64,000 bases of DNA, taken from contig OX597823.1 in assembly GCA_951406725.2 (NCBI GenBank), forward strand, positions 71,362,001 to 71,426,000. Reading direction: 5' to 3'. How positions within the stretch are numbered: position 1 is the first letter of the stretch; the number at the start of each line of letters is the position of its first letter. Positions 13,165 through 25,706 of the stretch are shown piece by piece. A model generated the notes under the pieces. It was given only the letters and a program-made list of their open reading frames with translations, had not been told where the DNA came from and did not search any database. Both the position numbers and the translations under genes were made by a program. Source of the stretch: Octopus vulgaris (lineage: Eukaryota).

Positions 13165-13569
13165 TCTAAATATATAAAGCTGAAGTTGTCTGTGTGTGTG
13201 TGTGTGGCAGCTTTGGTAGCCTTCAACTAACACTATCTCGTCCGAGACCCTGCAGTGCAAGTTGACCAAAATTGAGTGTATGATAGAAGAAGGCTTGCTC
13301 TTCATTCCGTAGAAGATAAAATTCAAATCGGACCATGTTAAGACCAAAAATTATTTACATCAAAAAGGTGCTTTTTTTTCTATGCAAATCCCTATTTTTT
13401 ACGATTTTTTGACTGCTATGTCGCCATTTTTCGGTGTATTTCAACCAGAAAAATGTTCACTTAAAGAGAATAACAAGCTACATAAAGCAAAATTTTTACT
13501 TTTCAAAAATTCCAATTGTAAAAGGTCGAAAAGAAAACAAACCCGAGCAACGCTGGGCTATACTGCTAG
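13165..13569 (+). mobile_element. Non-autonomous Helitron-like element, copy 2
   Basis: a|TCtaaatatataaagc ... cccgagcaacgctggg hairpin ... CTAG|t. Confidence 0.82.
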
Positions 13570-14126
13570 TTCAACAATAAAAGTGGAAGTTGTAAATTTC
13601 ATGGTTCTATACATGTATATGGTGGCTGTCTCTTCCTTGCAGAGCTTGACTTCTTCTTGTACTGATAATTACTTTTTTCATAGTGTGGTATCTTAAATGA
13701 CTTTTGAGCTCCGAAGTATGTTTGAAGAGCTGATCTCAAATACTGTAGCAATGCATCATTTCAGCATTGGCTTCCATTTTCTGCTTGTTTATTGTGAATG
13801 TTCAAGTGCTGCTTTAATACTGTACATGATCTGCAGGTTTTTTTGACAAAAATGACATTGAAACTGGTCATCTGAAATGAAGTTCCAATAGTTCATGTAT
13901 GCCTTACCTGCTTGGGTTCACAGGTGCAATCTTATACCAACGTGAGATATGCATACTTTTGTGCATGATAAAATTTTAAAGAAAGAATGAAAAACACTCA
14001 AAACGATATTAATATTAATCTCGTTTTTATGAACTGTTCTTTTCATTTCAGTATGTTTAACTCTATCAAGCTCATTAACTTAGCTAATTTAAGGCATTTC
14101 AAATTTGATTTTAAAGTATATTTGTA

Positions 14127-14503
14127 TACTCTTTTACTATTTTACTTGTTTCAGTCATTTGACTGTGGCCATGCTGGAGCACCACCTTTAGTCGAGCAAA
14201 TCGGCCCCAGGACTTATTCCTTGTAAGCGTAGTACTTATTCTATCGGCCTCCTTTTGCTGAACCTCTAAGTTACAGGGATGTAAACACACCAGCATTGGT
14301 TGTCAAGATATGTTTGGGGGCAAAGGCAGACACACAAACATACACACACACACAGACGCATGCGCGCGCGCGCACACACACACATACATATATACGATGG
14401 GTTTCTTTCAGTTTCCATCTCCCAAATCCCGAAGCTATAGTAGAAGATACTTGCCCAAGGTGGCATGCAGTGGGACCGAACCCAGAACCATGTGGTTCAT
14501 AAG
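14127..14503 (-). mobile_element. tRNA-derived SINE family A, internally deleted and 5' truncated
   Basis: Colinear with 11977-12374. Confidence 0.82.
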
Positions 14504-15675
14504 CTGTATCTTTACTTTAGCTTACTATTTTCACTCTTTCCCAGTATAAGCTCATCATAAAGCATTTTTTGTTGGGTACACTCATCATCCATATGGATGA
14601 GATGGCCTGTTCTTTGTAGTTGATTCTTGATAAACATAACTGAGAATGATGTGGTCTTAGCTTCAGCAAGAGAATTCAGTGCCAGGAATGAGTGAGAACC
14701 AGTTTATACAGAGTATGTGGCAGAGGAATTTCTGATGAAAGCTTTCCAACATTTTTACATGGCACTTGCATAGTATCCAAATTTCAGAAGAATACACCAT
14801 TGCAGAGTGAAAAAATAAGGCATATTCCATGATCTTGGTGTCAGTTTTGATATGGCGCTGTGACTAGATTATAGGCTTTTGGTGCCTTTTGAATATGCGA
14901 GGTGATTTCTTGCACCTAGGTTTCCAGGTATTCAGAAGAAGTCTCCACTTTAAGCATTGTACTCTTAACCAGTATCTGAGGTGCATTGAATTGATATCCA
15001 GGGGTAGATTGCTGCATTACAGCAGTTTTAATTTTTTCCCCAATGAATTGTGAGGCCAAATATGTCAATGAAAAATTGAATGTACTAATTAGACTTCAAA
15101 AATTACATCCAATTTTATTTTATATTTCTTACTTATATGTACTGTGATATTACTGTTATTTTATTTTTTTATTTTCATTTTATGTCGTTATTTTATAACT
15201 CTGATACTATATCAGGTCCTTAATTGCTGAGAATCTTCTTACCAAGGCCATACTTTTAATAATCTCTGACTCATAGGGTAAACTGGACTCTACAGTCTGG
15301 TTAAGGCACCAAGTGTAGCACATAGTAAACTCTGAAATACAAGCCTGAGGCTCTTGAAGCTATTGGTCTTTGCCATTCTATATTATACCACTGAAGTCTT
15401 CTATGGTCAAGAAGTGGATAGTTCTGTGCAAGCCGTGTCCACTCAAAATATATTCACCTGCACAGATGCTTCTTGTGCACTACTAGCTTGGTTAATATCA
15501 GCCGTGTGGTTGGCAGTGACCTTAAAATGAACTTTAAACTCTTCGAAAACATCTCAAACAAAATCACTAAATAGCAATAAGGGCATATGTACATACATAC
15601 ATACATACATACATAAGTGTATGTATGTATGATTTGTGTATATATGTATGTATGCACATATATATATATATTTAT

Positions 15676-16020
15676 CATCATCATCATCATTATTCGACTG
15701 CGGTTGAGACAATAGAATTTACCATGCTACTCCAGACTTCACGGTCCATCATAGCATTATGGAGGTCCTGTTGCTGGATGCCTGTATCCCTGGAGATTAC
15801 ATCAGGGTAGGAGAGTGTGCACCCCCTGGTATTGCGAGTAGATGGCTTCCAGAGGAGAAGAGTAGAAATTGCCTCGTTTTCAGCTCTACAACAATGTCCA
15901 GCAAACTGGACTCTCCTACCTTTCACAAGAGATGACACAGGTGGTAGTTTCCCAAATATTTGAATTTTGGTTGGATGATGCTTCCACAAGAGATTTTGAG
16001 CTCTCATAAGGAGGCGAGTG
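15676..16020 (-). mobile_element. 3' fragment of a second RTE/RTEX-like LINE family (ORF2 C-terminus + (TGA)n tail)
   Basis: TRLLMRAQNLLWKHHPTK...RRVQFAGHCCRAENE...LLWKP...AMMDREVW, typical RTE-type C-terminus, followed by taa(tga)n. Confidence 0.75.
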
Positions 16021-16041
16021 TATATATATTTATACATACAA

Positions 16042-16078
<37 letters not shown>

Positions 16079-16192
16079 TGCAAATACATAACAAACAGAA
16101 ATCAATATCAATGTTACCTCAAATATTAATTTTACACACACACAAACATGTATAAACATGTGTCTGTGTGTGTATATTTGTGTGCATGTATA

Positions 16193-16407
16193 GGAGGGAG
16201 TGCTGAAAAGTTCCTGGCTTTTGGGTAAAAGAAAATAAAGGAGGATCAGTTATGATTTTATTCAACATATTCCTCTCTCAGATTCACACACTTATTGTAG
16301 CAGTCCTTCAGTTTTTCTACGCCCTGTAAAAAAAACTTGGAAGATCGGGCCTCCAGTCAGACCTTTTGCAATACCCTTAAAGTTAGGACCTTTTCAGCAC
16401 CCCCTTG
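16193..16407. mobile_element. mariner-derived MITE
   Basis: ~29-bp imperfect TIRs (ggagggagtgctgaaaagttcctggcttt / aaagttaggaccttttcagcacccccttg), TA on both sides. Confidence 0.75.
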
Positions 16408-16472
16408 TATGTGTTTGTATGTCAGATTGTTCCTCTAAAATACAATGATATTGCTTTAATTCTCTTTTCTAG

Positions 16473-16547
16473 TTTCAATTGATAAAAAGTTTTCTTGCAC
16501 CCAAAGGGAACAAAAAGCTGCTATTCTTCTACCAAGACCAACCCAAG
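16473..16547 (+). CDS. DNAH5: Dynein heavy chain exon (FQLIKSFLAPKGNKKLLFFYQDQPK)
   Basis: ttttctag acceptor, AAG|gtaagt donor, 75 bp phase 0-0; LLFFYQD matches the recalled DNAH5 motif LMFYYQD. Confidence 0.8.
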
Positions 16548-16572
16548 GTAAGTACTAAGTGAAAATTTAATT

Positions 16573-18730
16573 ACCATATTTACCTGTGTATAAGTCACAC
16601 TGTTTTATACTTGATTTTTAGCTACAAAAAACTGTAATGCAACTTATACAGGGGGCAAAGCTAAAGCTTTGGTTGTATGCATGCTACTTCCCTGCTAATC
16701 AGGTTATTTATGATCGTTACCACCTTGTGCCATGTTCTGTTGAACTACAAACAACTTATTTTATTCCGCTTAAATTTTATTAGATTAATACCCATTTATT
16801 TTTGATAACACAAATCACATCTTATAAATCATTTATCTTATCAATTGACATTATATGATATTGAGACACCTAACGTTGCTTGAGATTTCAGAGTTACAAT
16901 GAATGAAGAGCTTCAGGTGTTACCATTTTGAATAAATTACTGCTGATGTCAATGTGTGAAAATGGTTACTGGCAAAATTGGTCGTTGAATTATGCTGAGT
17001 ATTCTAATAAATTAGCTGTGTGAACTTTCTCAATTCAACAACTAGTTCTATAAAAGAGAAAGTTTTCTTTGGGTGATAACTTTGTCATAATGACTATTGT
17101 TGGTGTTTAGAGAAAAGGTTCTTCATACAATGCAAATTTCAAGCTCCAGGTTTAAAAGTTCACTGAGATGAATGGTAACAGAGCTGATGAAAGGGAACTT
17201 TCAGTTTCAGAACAGCTTGTAAGAGATTGGTGAAAACAAAAGGAAGTTCCACTAGAAATTCCTAAAAGAGCATGCAAAAGGAAACAGACCCACTAACCAG
17301 AGACTGAGAAACAAAAAGTAAAATGAATAAAATACTGAAGGAGTTCTGGTTTCATCATGGCTTTGCAGCAGACTTGTCCAGATTCTTGCCCAGATTAACA
17401 CAGATTCTTCATTCAAGGCTTTGAATAGATAGATACTCTGATTTATGCAAAGAAATGGGCTCAGTCACTGACAGAAAACAAAGATATGTCAGAAACTGCC
17501 TCGTGACTTAGAAGACAAGATATTTACCTTCCACATGTTTTCCCTCAAGTAAAGAAAACAATTTAATTTTGAAGTTAGCCAGATAAGTAATATTGATGAA
17601 ATGCCTTTGCACTTTAATCTCCCTGAAACTGCACAGTTGATACCAGAGGAAAGAAGACTATACTAGTATGCAAAAAAAAAAGGCCATGAAAGACCTATTT
17701 CACAGTATTGCTTGGTACTATTTGGTACTAAGCTAAACCCAATACTGATATTTAATAGGGAAATCACTGCAAATGTGAAAAAGTTAACTACTGGAGTAGA
17801 AGTGCATGGCATCCCAATGGGTGGATGGATGAAAATGGCATGGAAATCTGGCTAGCTAAAATATGGAATGCTAAACCTGGTACATTTCTAAAGGGGAAAG
17901 CTTCTACAGGGCCATTTTTGTGCTCACAAGGCAGAGATGATCTTACATCCTTGTTACAGCCCTTGGATGTGGTGTTGAACAAACTATGTAAAGATAGAGT
18001 GTGGTGTCAGAAATGGATGATGTTGATGGCTCCAGATGAGAAAGAATTGACAGAGGCAAACAACCTTAAGGAAGCAAGTTCATAGGTGAAGAGTGTCTGA
18101 GATGTTATTCCATGTAATATGGTCAATAAAAATTCTTCTCTCTGTACAAGAATATTTAACAAGATGGAAGGCAAATAGAATAATTGTCTTTGGGAGTACA
18201 ACGAAGACCAAGATGGTGACCAGGAGGAAACTGACATTTCTATTCCAGGCTGAGAGATGAGAAAATTACAGAGAAGGACTGGAATAAACATTTTGGTCAC
18301 AGCGATGAAGATATCAGTTTTGAAGAATTTTAATTGGTTTTAATTGATTTTAATATATGATATAGTTATTTGAAATTGATATTTTCTTGATTTTAATTTG
18401 AGTTTTAATGTAGCATTACTTGACTCAGAATTATTGAATTTTATTTGATGTTCAATTTTTATATTTTGTTGTGAATTTCCTTGTTTTCTAGTTGTAGCTT
18501 GCATAGCAATTTTATTTCCTTGTTTTCCATTTTACAAACAATATTATTGTTTGTAATTAAGTTTGTATGTCAATAAATTTGTTTCAACATGGCCGTTTGG
18601 TTTGTTGACACATGCAAGGTTAATTATTATCATCAGTTATAATTGCAAGTTTGAATATAAAAAGAAAAAATTTTGTGCCAAAGATTTAGCAGTAAATTAA
18701 GGGCGTGACCTTCAGTCTTCAATTTACAGA
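16573..18730 (+). mobile_element. pogo/Tigger-like DNA transposon, decayed (DDE_1 transposase remnant)
   Basis: pogo-like left end (ccatatttacctgtgtataagtcacac); fragments ISNIDEMPLHFN, NGWMDENGMEIWL..IW and LTSLLQPLDVVLNK; right boundary approximate. Confidence 0.75.
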
Positions 18731-20630
18731 TAATATTATCTTATATCAAATATAAAGTTTATATTTATTTTATACTGAAATTCATTTCTGGGGCTATGTC
18801 TATGATTAGTATAATAATATATTTGTTTACTAAGCAGTTCAAATAAATATTTTACATATTTACTTAAAGATTCTCTCATCACTATTTTGGTTAGTATGGT
18901 GAATCTAGGATTTGCTGATGAGGTGATAAGCCTGCAACATGTTCAAATTGTTGTTTGCATTTTCCAAAATAATTAAGAGAATATTAGTCATAAGCTAACA
19001 TTTGTTTTGTTTTACTGCTTAATTATTCATAATTAGTTTTCCTAATGCTTCTGCATTAATTAGTTGAATATTTGAAAGAGTATGGATAACTGTTTTAATA
19101 GGGTACTGGATAACCATTTGAGAAGTTCACAGTTCATGTTCTGTCACTGCACTCTTGTTTGTGGTAATTTGAAATGAAGATTCATTTCAAATTACCCTTT
19201 CCATGTAGTTGTCAATATGTATAATGTTGGGCAGAACTAGTTTTTGCTTTATAAAATTGTTGTTTCTTTTTTTTTTTTTTTTTGGTATGCAATGCTGAAT
19301 TCTCTGTTTGCTTTGAGATTGTGGCTAATGTACATTAAATAAAAATGAAATCTGAATACTAGCATGAAGATAGTGGGAATTATATCAATAGATTGGCCCT
19401 ATTGTCAGAACCTGGAGTATAGGATAAAAAATTAATAGATTAAGCATATTTGAATTAGTCTTGTAAGCTTATTTCATTGATCCTTACTCATAAATGTGTT
19501 AATAAATCTACCAAAATTTATGGAATTGATTTATTTAATCAGACTGTTTCTGATGCATATAAAATACCTGCTTTTCATATTCAGAAAATATAAGTTTAAC
19601 TTTTTATAAACAAAAAAGTATTTTTAACCTTTTGGGTCTAGAATTTTGGTTGAGTTCTGATATAAGTGTCAATTTTTTCTTTTTCTTTTTTTTTTCCAAA
19701 GAAAATTGTTTTTTTCAAAATTCATCAGGAAGTAAGCCAAAAACCATCTTGGTCCAAATCTTAGCAACAGTAATGTTTTGCATATTATTTTTTTCTGAAA
19801 CTCATTTTTTTCTCGCATTTTTCTCCCTAAATTCTTTATTTTTCAGGTGTGGAGTGACTGGATTATTTTATGGTTTTATTTTCATTTGTACTTTTCATTT
19901 GTACATGTTTAGACTGCCCCCACTGCAACCAGATATTCTCAATTCTTGACTGATAGTCACTTCAAAATTCTTCAAGTTGAATTTCAAATCTATTCTAGTA
20001 GAAGCTGTATAAAAACCTATCGGTTCACCATCGGTGTTATAGAAAATAATTTGATAATCAGCTACAAGTTGTATATCTGAGGTTGAATGTTTCTAAAAGA
20101 CATCTTACTTTCTTGGGAAATGGTGTAGAAGCTGAGCCAAGAAACTGATATCCATCTTTCAGTTGTTCTGTGACAATCAAAAACACCATTGCACATGTTT
20201 TTTCGACCTCACAAACTACTACACAGAGATCAATAATTTTGGCAGTGCATGTTTTAGTTATGTCTTTTACAGATGGTGTCAATTGCATGATTTCTTTGTA
20301 AGACAAAAATTGAAGATGGTAATGATACTGAAGCTATTTTTCCATTACTGCTTCTCAGCAGTAATGGAAAATTCTCCACTTTTTTCTTCAAATGTGATCT
20401 TTATTAACTCAAAAAAGTTCTGCTGTTTCTTGTCATTCAATGAGATGAGTGTGTCCTTAGCATGACAGTTATGTCTTCATAATTTTATCACTAATTTCAC
20501 TTCTTGTTAAGAGGATGTATACTTATCCATCCATTGTTATTCATGGACCAGCACTATGATTTACAGGTTCACAAGAATTTTGAAGAGTAAGATTGCGCTC
20601 CCATTTCTTAGTTAATTATCTCTTCAATTT

Positions 20631-20848
20631 AAGGCAGTGAGCTGGCAGAAATGTTAGCACACCGGGTGAAATGCTTAGCAGTATTTCGTCTGTCTTTATG
20701 TTCTGAGTTCAAATTCCACTAAGGTCGACTTTGCCTTTCATCCTTTCGGGGTCGATAAATTAAGCACCAGTTACATACTGGAGTCAATCTAATCGACTGG
20801 CCACCTCCTCACAAATTTTGGGCCTTGTTTCTAGAGTAGAAAAGAATT
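20631..20848 (+). mobile_element. SINE family B (tRNA head + Nin-domain-like core), full length
   Basis: aaggcagtgagctggcagaa...gagttcaaattcc...tttgcctttcatcctttcggggtcgataaattaagcaccag...gggccttg...gtagaaaagaat. Confidence 0.8.
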
Positions 20849-21539
20849 ATCTGTTCAATTTGTTTTTCTTGTAAAGTTTTCCTTTTCTGTACTCCAAGTC
20901 GATTCTCTCTATTGATAATTGATGATTCTTTGTTGTGAGAGATTTTTTGATTGATTGATTCTAGTTTCAGCTTATGAGCTGTGGCCATGCTGGGGCACTG
21001 CCATTTATTTGAAATTTTAAAGACAATTTCTGATATTTTATGACATAAATTATTTTTTAAAGATATCATGACAACTACAAGGTGACTGAACATTATCAAA
21101 GGTCTTTCAACATTTATGTATTCAGTGAGCATTACATTGATTGTCAAATGACAACTTTTAACAACTTCGAATACAACTTCTACAATATTAAATTTCACTT
21201 GTAGAATTCTGAAGTGAATACCAGCAAAGAAAAGACAGAATGTAGTTGCAGTGAGTTGTCAGGGCATGATACCTTAAGTGCATTCCTAGTTGAAATGTAT
21301 ATATAAAATATTTAAAAAGATACAATTAAAAATAAAACCATAAAAATCTTCACACGCCATCCCCACCACCTTCAAAATGGATTTAGGGGAAAAAATGGAT
21401 GTCAATGGATGGAGGAGAGGTGGAGTGGGAGAGAGATGGTGGGTAATCAGGAAATGTAATTAGAATCTTTGTATTTGAAAAATGTAAATTGTATTGAGAC
21501 ATACTGAAATATCATTTGTTCTTTTGCTCTGTTTTTCAG

Positions 21540-21617
21540 CCGGAAACGCCAGGAGACAAAGCTGGTGCTGGTGGTAAAAATGCAAAACAGTTTTTAATAA
21601 CTACAGGAAGTGATGAG
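21540..21617 (+). CDS. DNAH5: Dynein heavy chain exon (PETPGDKAGAGGKNAKQFLITTGSDE)
   Basis: gtttttcag acceptor, GAG|gtttgg donor, 78 bp phase 0-0; end resembles recalled KPKVFVTEGND. Confidence 0.75.
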
Positions 21618-22408
21618 GTTTGGTTTAATTTCAGTTTTTGTTTTATTTTGCAAATTACTTAGAATGTAACCTCTACATCAGACTTGGGCAACCTTTCTTG
21701 AGAAGCAGGCTGCATGAGACATGCAAATAGAGAGAATATGCAAAACACTTGCTATGGTCATAGCATTCAGCACTTCCTCAATAAATTTTTCTGTATCACC
21801 TGAGGATTTTATTTATCTGCATCTTTGATAAAATCATATTCTCTGCATTGTGATGCTTCCTGCTACATTTTTACACATCAATCACAATACTTTCTTCACC
21901 AGTTTTCTTTCCAGCTTATCAATATTTACATTTGAATACAACAATGTAATCTTTCAATGCTGTAGTATTCCGCTTAACAAATCTGAAAGATTTCCCTAAA
22001 TTACGTAGTATTAAATTCCCAGAAAGGTACTCTGCATTCACTTCACTTTGCCAATTGACAGTGGGAAAGAGAAATTATTATGCAATGTCCTCCATCCCCA
22101 CCCAACCACCAAAGAAAGAAAAGAAAGGGGTAAAAGAACTCAATCTTTACACTCAATCAAGTTAATGCATTCTTTGACAGTATCATCTTTGACAGGAAAA
22201 AAGGGAAACCATATCAACATTTAAATAGGAATAAATATTACCTCACGAATGAAAAATGAGCTTTGCGCATCAACAAATAACAATCAAAGGGGCTGTAAAG
22301 ACAATGTTACTCAAAAGAAGACAACTGAGTGATCAGAAGTGTTTTTCTCACTTTTGTGAAACTTTAAGTAATATAATTGAATCAGTTTATCAACACGATA
22401 TAGATATG

Positions 22409-22467
<59 letters not shown>

Positions 22468-22469
22468 TA

Positions 22470-23123
22470 GGTTGAGTAAAAAGTTTGTGTGCTGTGTTAA
22501 AATAATGATATTTTTATGCAAGAATTTATTAAAAAACAACAAGAGCCAAGTCTATTGAAAAGGTTGCAAGACACAACGAAAGTTTTAGGATAATAAGAAT
22601 AAGAAATAAGTGGAAATTTTACCAGTGTGTGAGTTACATTATAAGGCACAAAAAGAAAATGATTCTCCCCAGACACAACAAAAACTATTCTTCAAAATAA
22701 AGATCATCATTTTCTCTGCCAACGATCTGCAAGCTTTTGGATTTGGTCAAAGTACCAATTCCTCGGCTTTGAATTGATAAATTCTTGACAGGCTTCTTCA
22801 ACTTCATCAAATGACTCAAATCGGTGGCCTTTCATAAAGTGCTGCATCGATCGAAAGAGACCGTAGTCTGGTAGAGCAACGCCTGGACTATAGGCTGGAT
22901 GCAGCAGAACTTCTACACCGTCCAATTCTTCAATCTTGTTGCTGGTCTTTCTGGCAGTGTGTGGCTTTGCATTGTCTTCTTGAAACAAGGAGCAGTTTCG
23001 ATGAACACAGCGAGTCACCATTGAACATGACATGAACTGAATAAACACACACAAGCACACACACACACCACAAAATGTATAAAAGAGCATTATTTTAACA
23101 CGGTGCACAAACTTTTCCTCAAT
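22470..23123 (-). mobile_element. Internally deleted mariner (DD34D-type) element
   Basis: ~35-bp TIRs (ttgagtaaaaagtttgtgtgctgtgttaaaataatg / cattattttaacacggtgcacaaacttttcctcaa); - strand peptide QEDNAKPHTAR...LHPAYSPGVALPDYGLFRSMQHF...KLADRW. Confidence 0.85.
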
Positions 23124-23253
23124 ATATATATATATAATTGATATAGGATAACATTTTTTTCAGGGAAAAAATTTTATCAATGGCCAGCATATCAAAAAAT
23201 GCCTTTAAAGGTAAAAGTTATACATAATTTACAAGATAAGGGCAAAAGTAAAA

Positions 23254-23433
23254 TTCTAATGCCAGATACGCCGAAACAAAAAAAATTGTCGATAACCATT
23301 AAATTTATGCGTCTCGAAACAAACCGATAGAAATCTCTAAAAAATTCATTATTACCTTATTGGTCCAGTTTCGAGACGCATAAATTTAATGGTTATCGAC
23401 AATTTTTTTGTTTCGGCGTATCTGGCATTAGAA
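23254..23433. repeat. Inverted repeat, ~66-bp arms with 47-bp loop, within a (TA)n-bounded element
   Basis: 23254-23320 is the reverse complement of 23368-23433 apart from the A/T run length. Confidence 0.9.
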
Positions 23434-23625
23434 GTTTTATATATATATATAAATTAAATAATGAGGGTAGAAATTAGTATTAATTAATATTAATTTAAAC
23501 CAGTGGCTAGCATACATAAATATCCAAGGACTATGACTTATAGTACATATATAATTAAGAGGAATAGCCACCATTCTTCTAGCATTTCTAGCATATTAGG
23601 AATCCACCTTGGTGGCTATTCCTCC

Positions 23626-23662
<37 letters not shown>

Positions 23663-23807
23663 GAAATTACATATCATTTATGATATTTTCTATCTCCCTT
23701 CATTCTTCTGATTAGCTATCAACATATTTTGTAGTCATAATTATCATATTTCATTGATCATGTGTTGTTTGCTTGCCATTTTTACATATTGCTTTTGTAA
23801 TTATTAG

Positions 23808-23969
23808 GGTCTCACTGGAATATGTTGTGGTTTCATACGCATTGGAGATAGAGCACTTACTGACGCCAATATTGGTATTGAAACAAATTTTCATGTTATT
23901 GATTGTAGTGAAGCTGGAATATTAAAAACATTTGTGGAGAGGATTAATTGTATGCTTGAAATATTACAG
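23808..23969 (+). CDS. DNAH5: Dynein heavy chain exon (GLTGICCGFIRIGDRALTDANIGIETNFHVIDCSEAGILKTFVERINCMLEILQ)
   Basis: ttattag acceptor, CAG|gtaagg donor, 162 bp open frame; resembles recalled ALTGVCVFFIR...[23 protein letters not shown]. Confidence 0.85.
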
Positions 23970-24175
23970 GTAAGGATGATTATATTGAGACTAATTTTGG
24001 GGATAAGATACAGGATAGAGACATTAATAAATACAACAATTAAGTTTAAATCACACAGCCATATACACACACACACACACAATGCATAAAATTCCTGGTA
24101 CTGCCTGGAGTAAAAATGCCTGGATTAATGTTGTAGTGGTGAAACTGGGTCTGCAATAACTTGTTCTGATCCTGC

Positions 24176-24545
24176 TGGGCGAAATGCTTAGCGGTATTTC
24201 ATCTGCCACTACGTTCTGAGTTCAAATCCCGCCAAAGTCGACTTTGCTTTTCATCCTTTCAGGGTCGATTAAATAAGTACCAGTTATGCACTGGGGTCGA
24301 TATAATTGACTTAATCCGTTTGTCTGTCCTTGTTTGTCCTCTCTGTGTTTAGCCCCTTGTGGGTAGTAAAGAAATAGGTATTTCATCTGTCTTTATGTTC
24401 TGAGTTCAAATTCCACTGAGGTTGACTTTGCCTTTTATTTTTTCAGGGTCGATAAATTAAATACCAGTTGCGTCCTGGGGTCGATCTAATTGACTGGCCT
24501 CTTCCCCCCAAATTTCGGGCCTTGTGCCAAGAGTAGAAAAGAATA
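24176..24545 (+). mobile_element. SINE family B, tandem/dimeric form
   Basis: Two successive gttctgagttcaaat...cagggtcgat...taccagtt cores. Confidence 0.75.
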
Positions 24546-24836
24546 TCTTGTTCTGATCCTAAAGAAATTGTGAACTACCCCAACTTTGGACTCAGCTACC
24601 CCTATAATATACACTCACACTTATTCTCTCCCTCTCTCTCTCTCTCTCTCTCTCACACAGACACATTCAAACACATACACACACACACACACATATTTTT
24701 TCAAGAGTATAGAAAGAGTAACAGTGACTTAGAAGTATTGGCCAGCAAGGCTTTGTCAGTCAGTCTGATGAAGGCTTGCAGACTGAAACTACGGAGTCGT
24801 TGTCATCTTTTTTCTGATAAAAGCATAATAAGTATG

Positions 24837-24998
24837 TAGGTACAGGTGTGACAGAGTGGTAAGAAGTTTGCTTCCCAACCATATGGTTTTGGATTCAATC
24901 CCACTGTATGGCACCTTAGGCAATTGTCTTCTAATACAGCCTTGGGCCAACCAAAATTTGTGAGTTGATTTGATAGATGGAAACTGAAAGAAGCCCAT

Positions 24999-25031
<33 letters not shown>

Positions 25032-25275
25032 ATGTGAATATTTGTGTCCGTGTTTGTCTCCCACCACCATTTGACAACCAGTGTTCATGTATTTATGTCC
25101 CCATAACTTAGCAGTTCTGCAAAAGAGACTTATAGAATAAGGACCAGGCTTAAAGAAAATAAATAAACACCTAAGTACTGGGGTTGATACATTTCGACTA
25201 AAAAATTCTTCAAAGGTGGTGCTCCAGCATGGGAGCAATGTAATGACAAACAAGTAAAACAGAAAAAGAAAAGAA
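24837..25275 (+). mobile_element. tRNA-derived SINE family A
   Basis: Colinear with other family A copies, internal (TG)n. Confidence 0.8.
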
Positions 25276-25353
25276 ACAAGATGTCATACTCTACAACATG
25301 TAGTGTACGTAATTCTTCAATTTAATATTTGTCTTATAACTAAACATAAAAAC

Positions 25354-25533
<180 letters not shown>

Positions 25534-25706
25534 AAGGAAATAGAAAAAATGGAGATTGGGAACACAATAATTGTGGTGATGATTAATTTGCTTTTAATAA
25601 TAAACAATTATTAATTTACCAATCTCAATTACCTTTTTCTTCTTTTATATGAATATAAACTACATGTTTTGATATATATACCTATTATTTTAACTCTATA
25701 AGATCT

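Noticed and set aside
13382-13696. Recurrent ORFs MxIPxFYDFLTA... and MVLTWSDLNF... suggesting a small multigene family
   Set aside because: They are translations of the four non-autonomous Helitron-like copies, with non-conserved ends.
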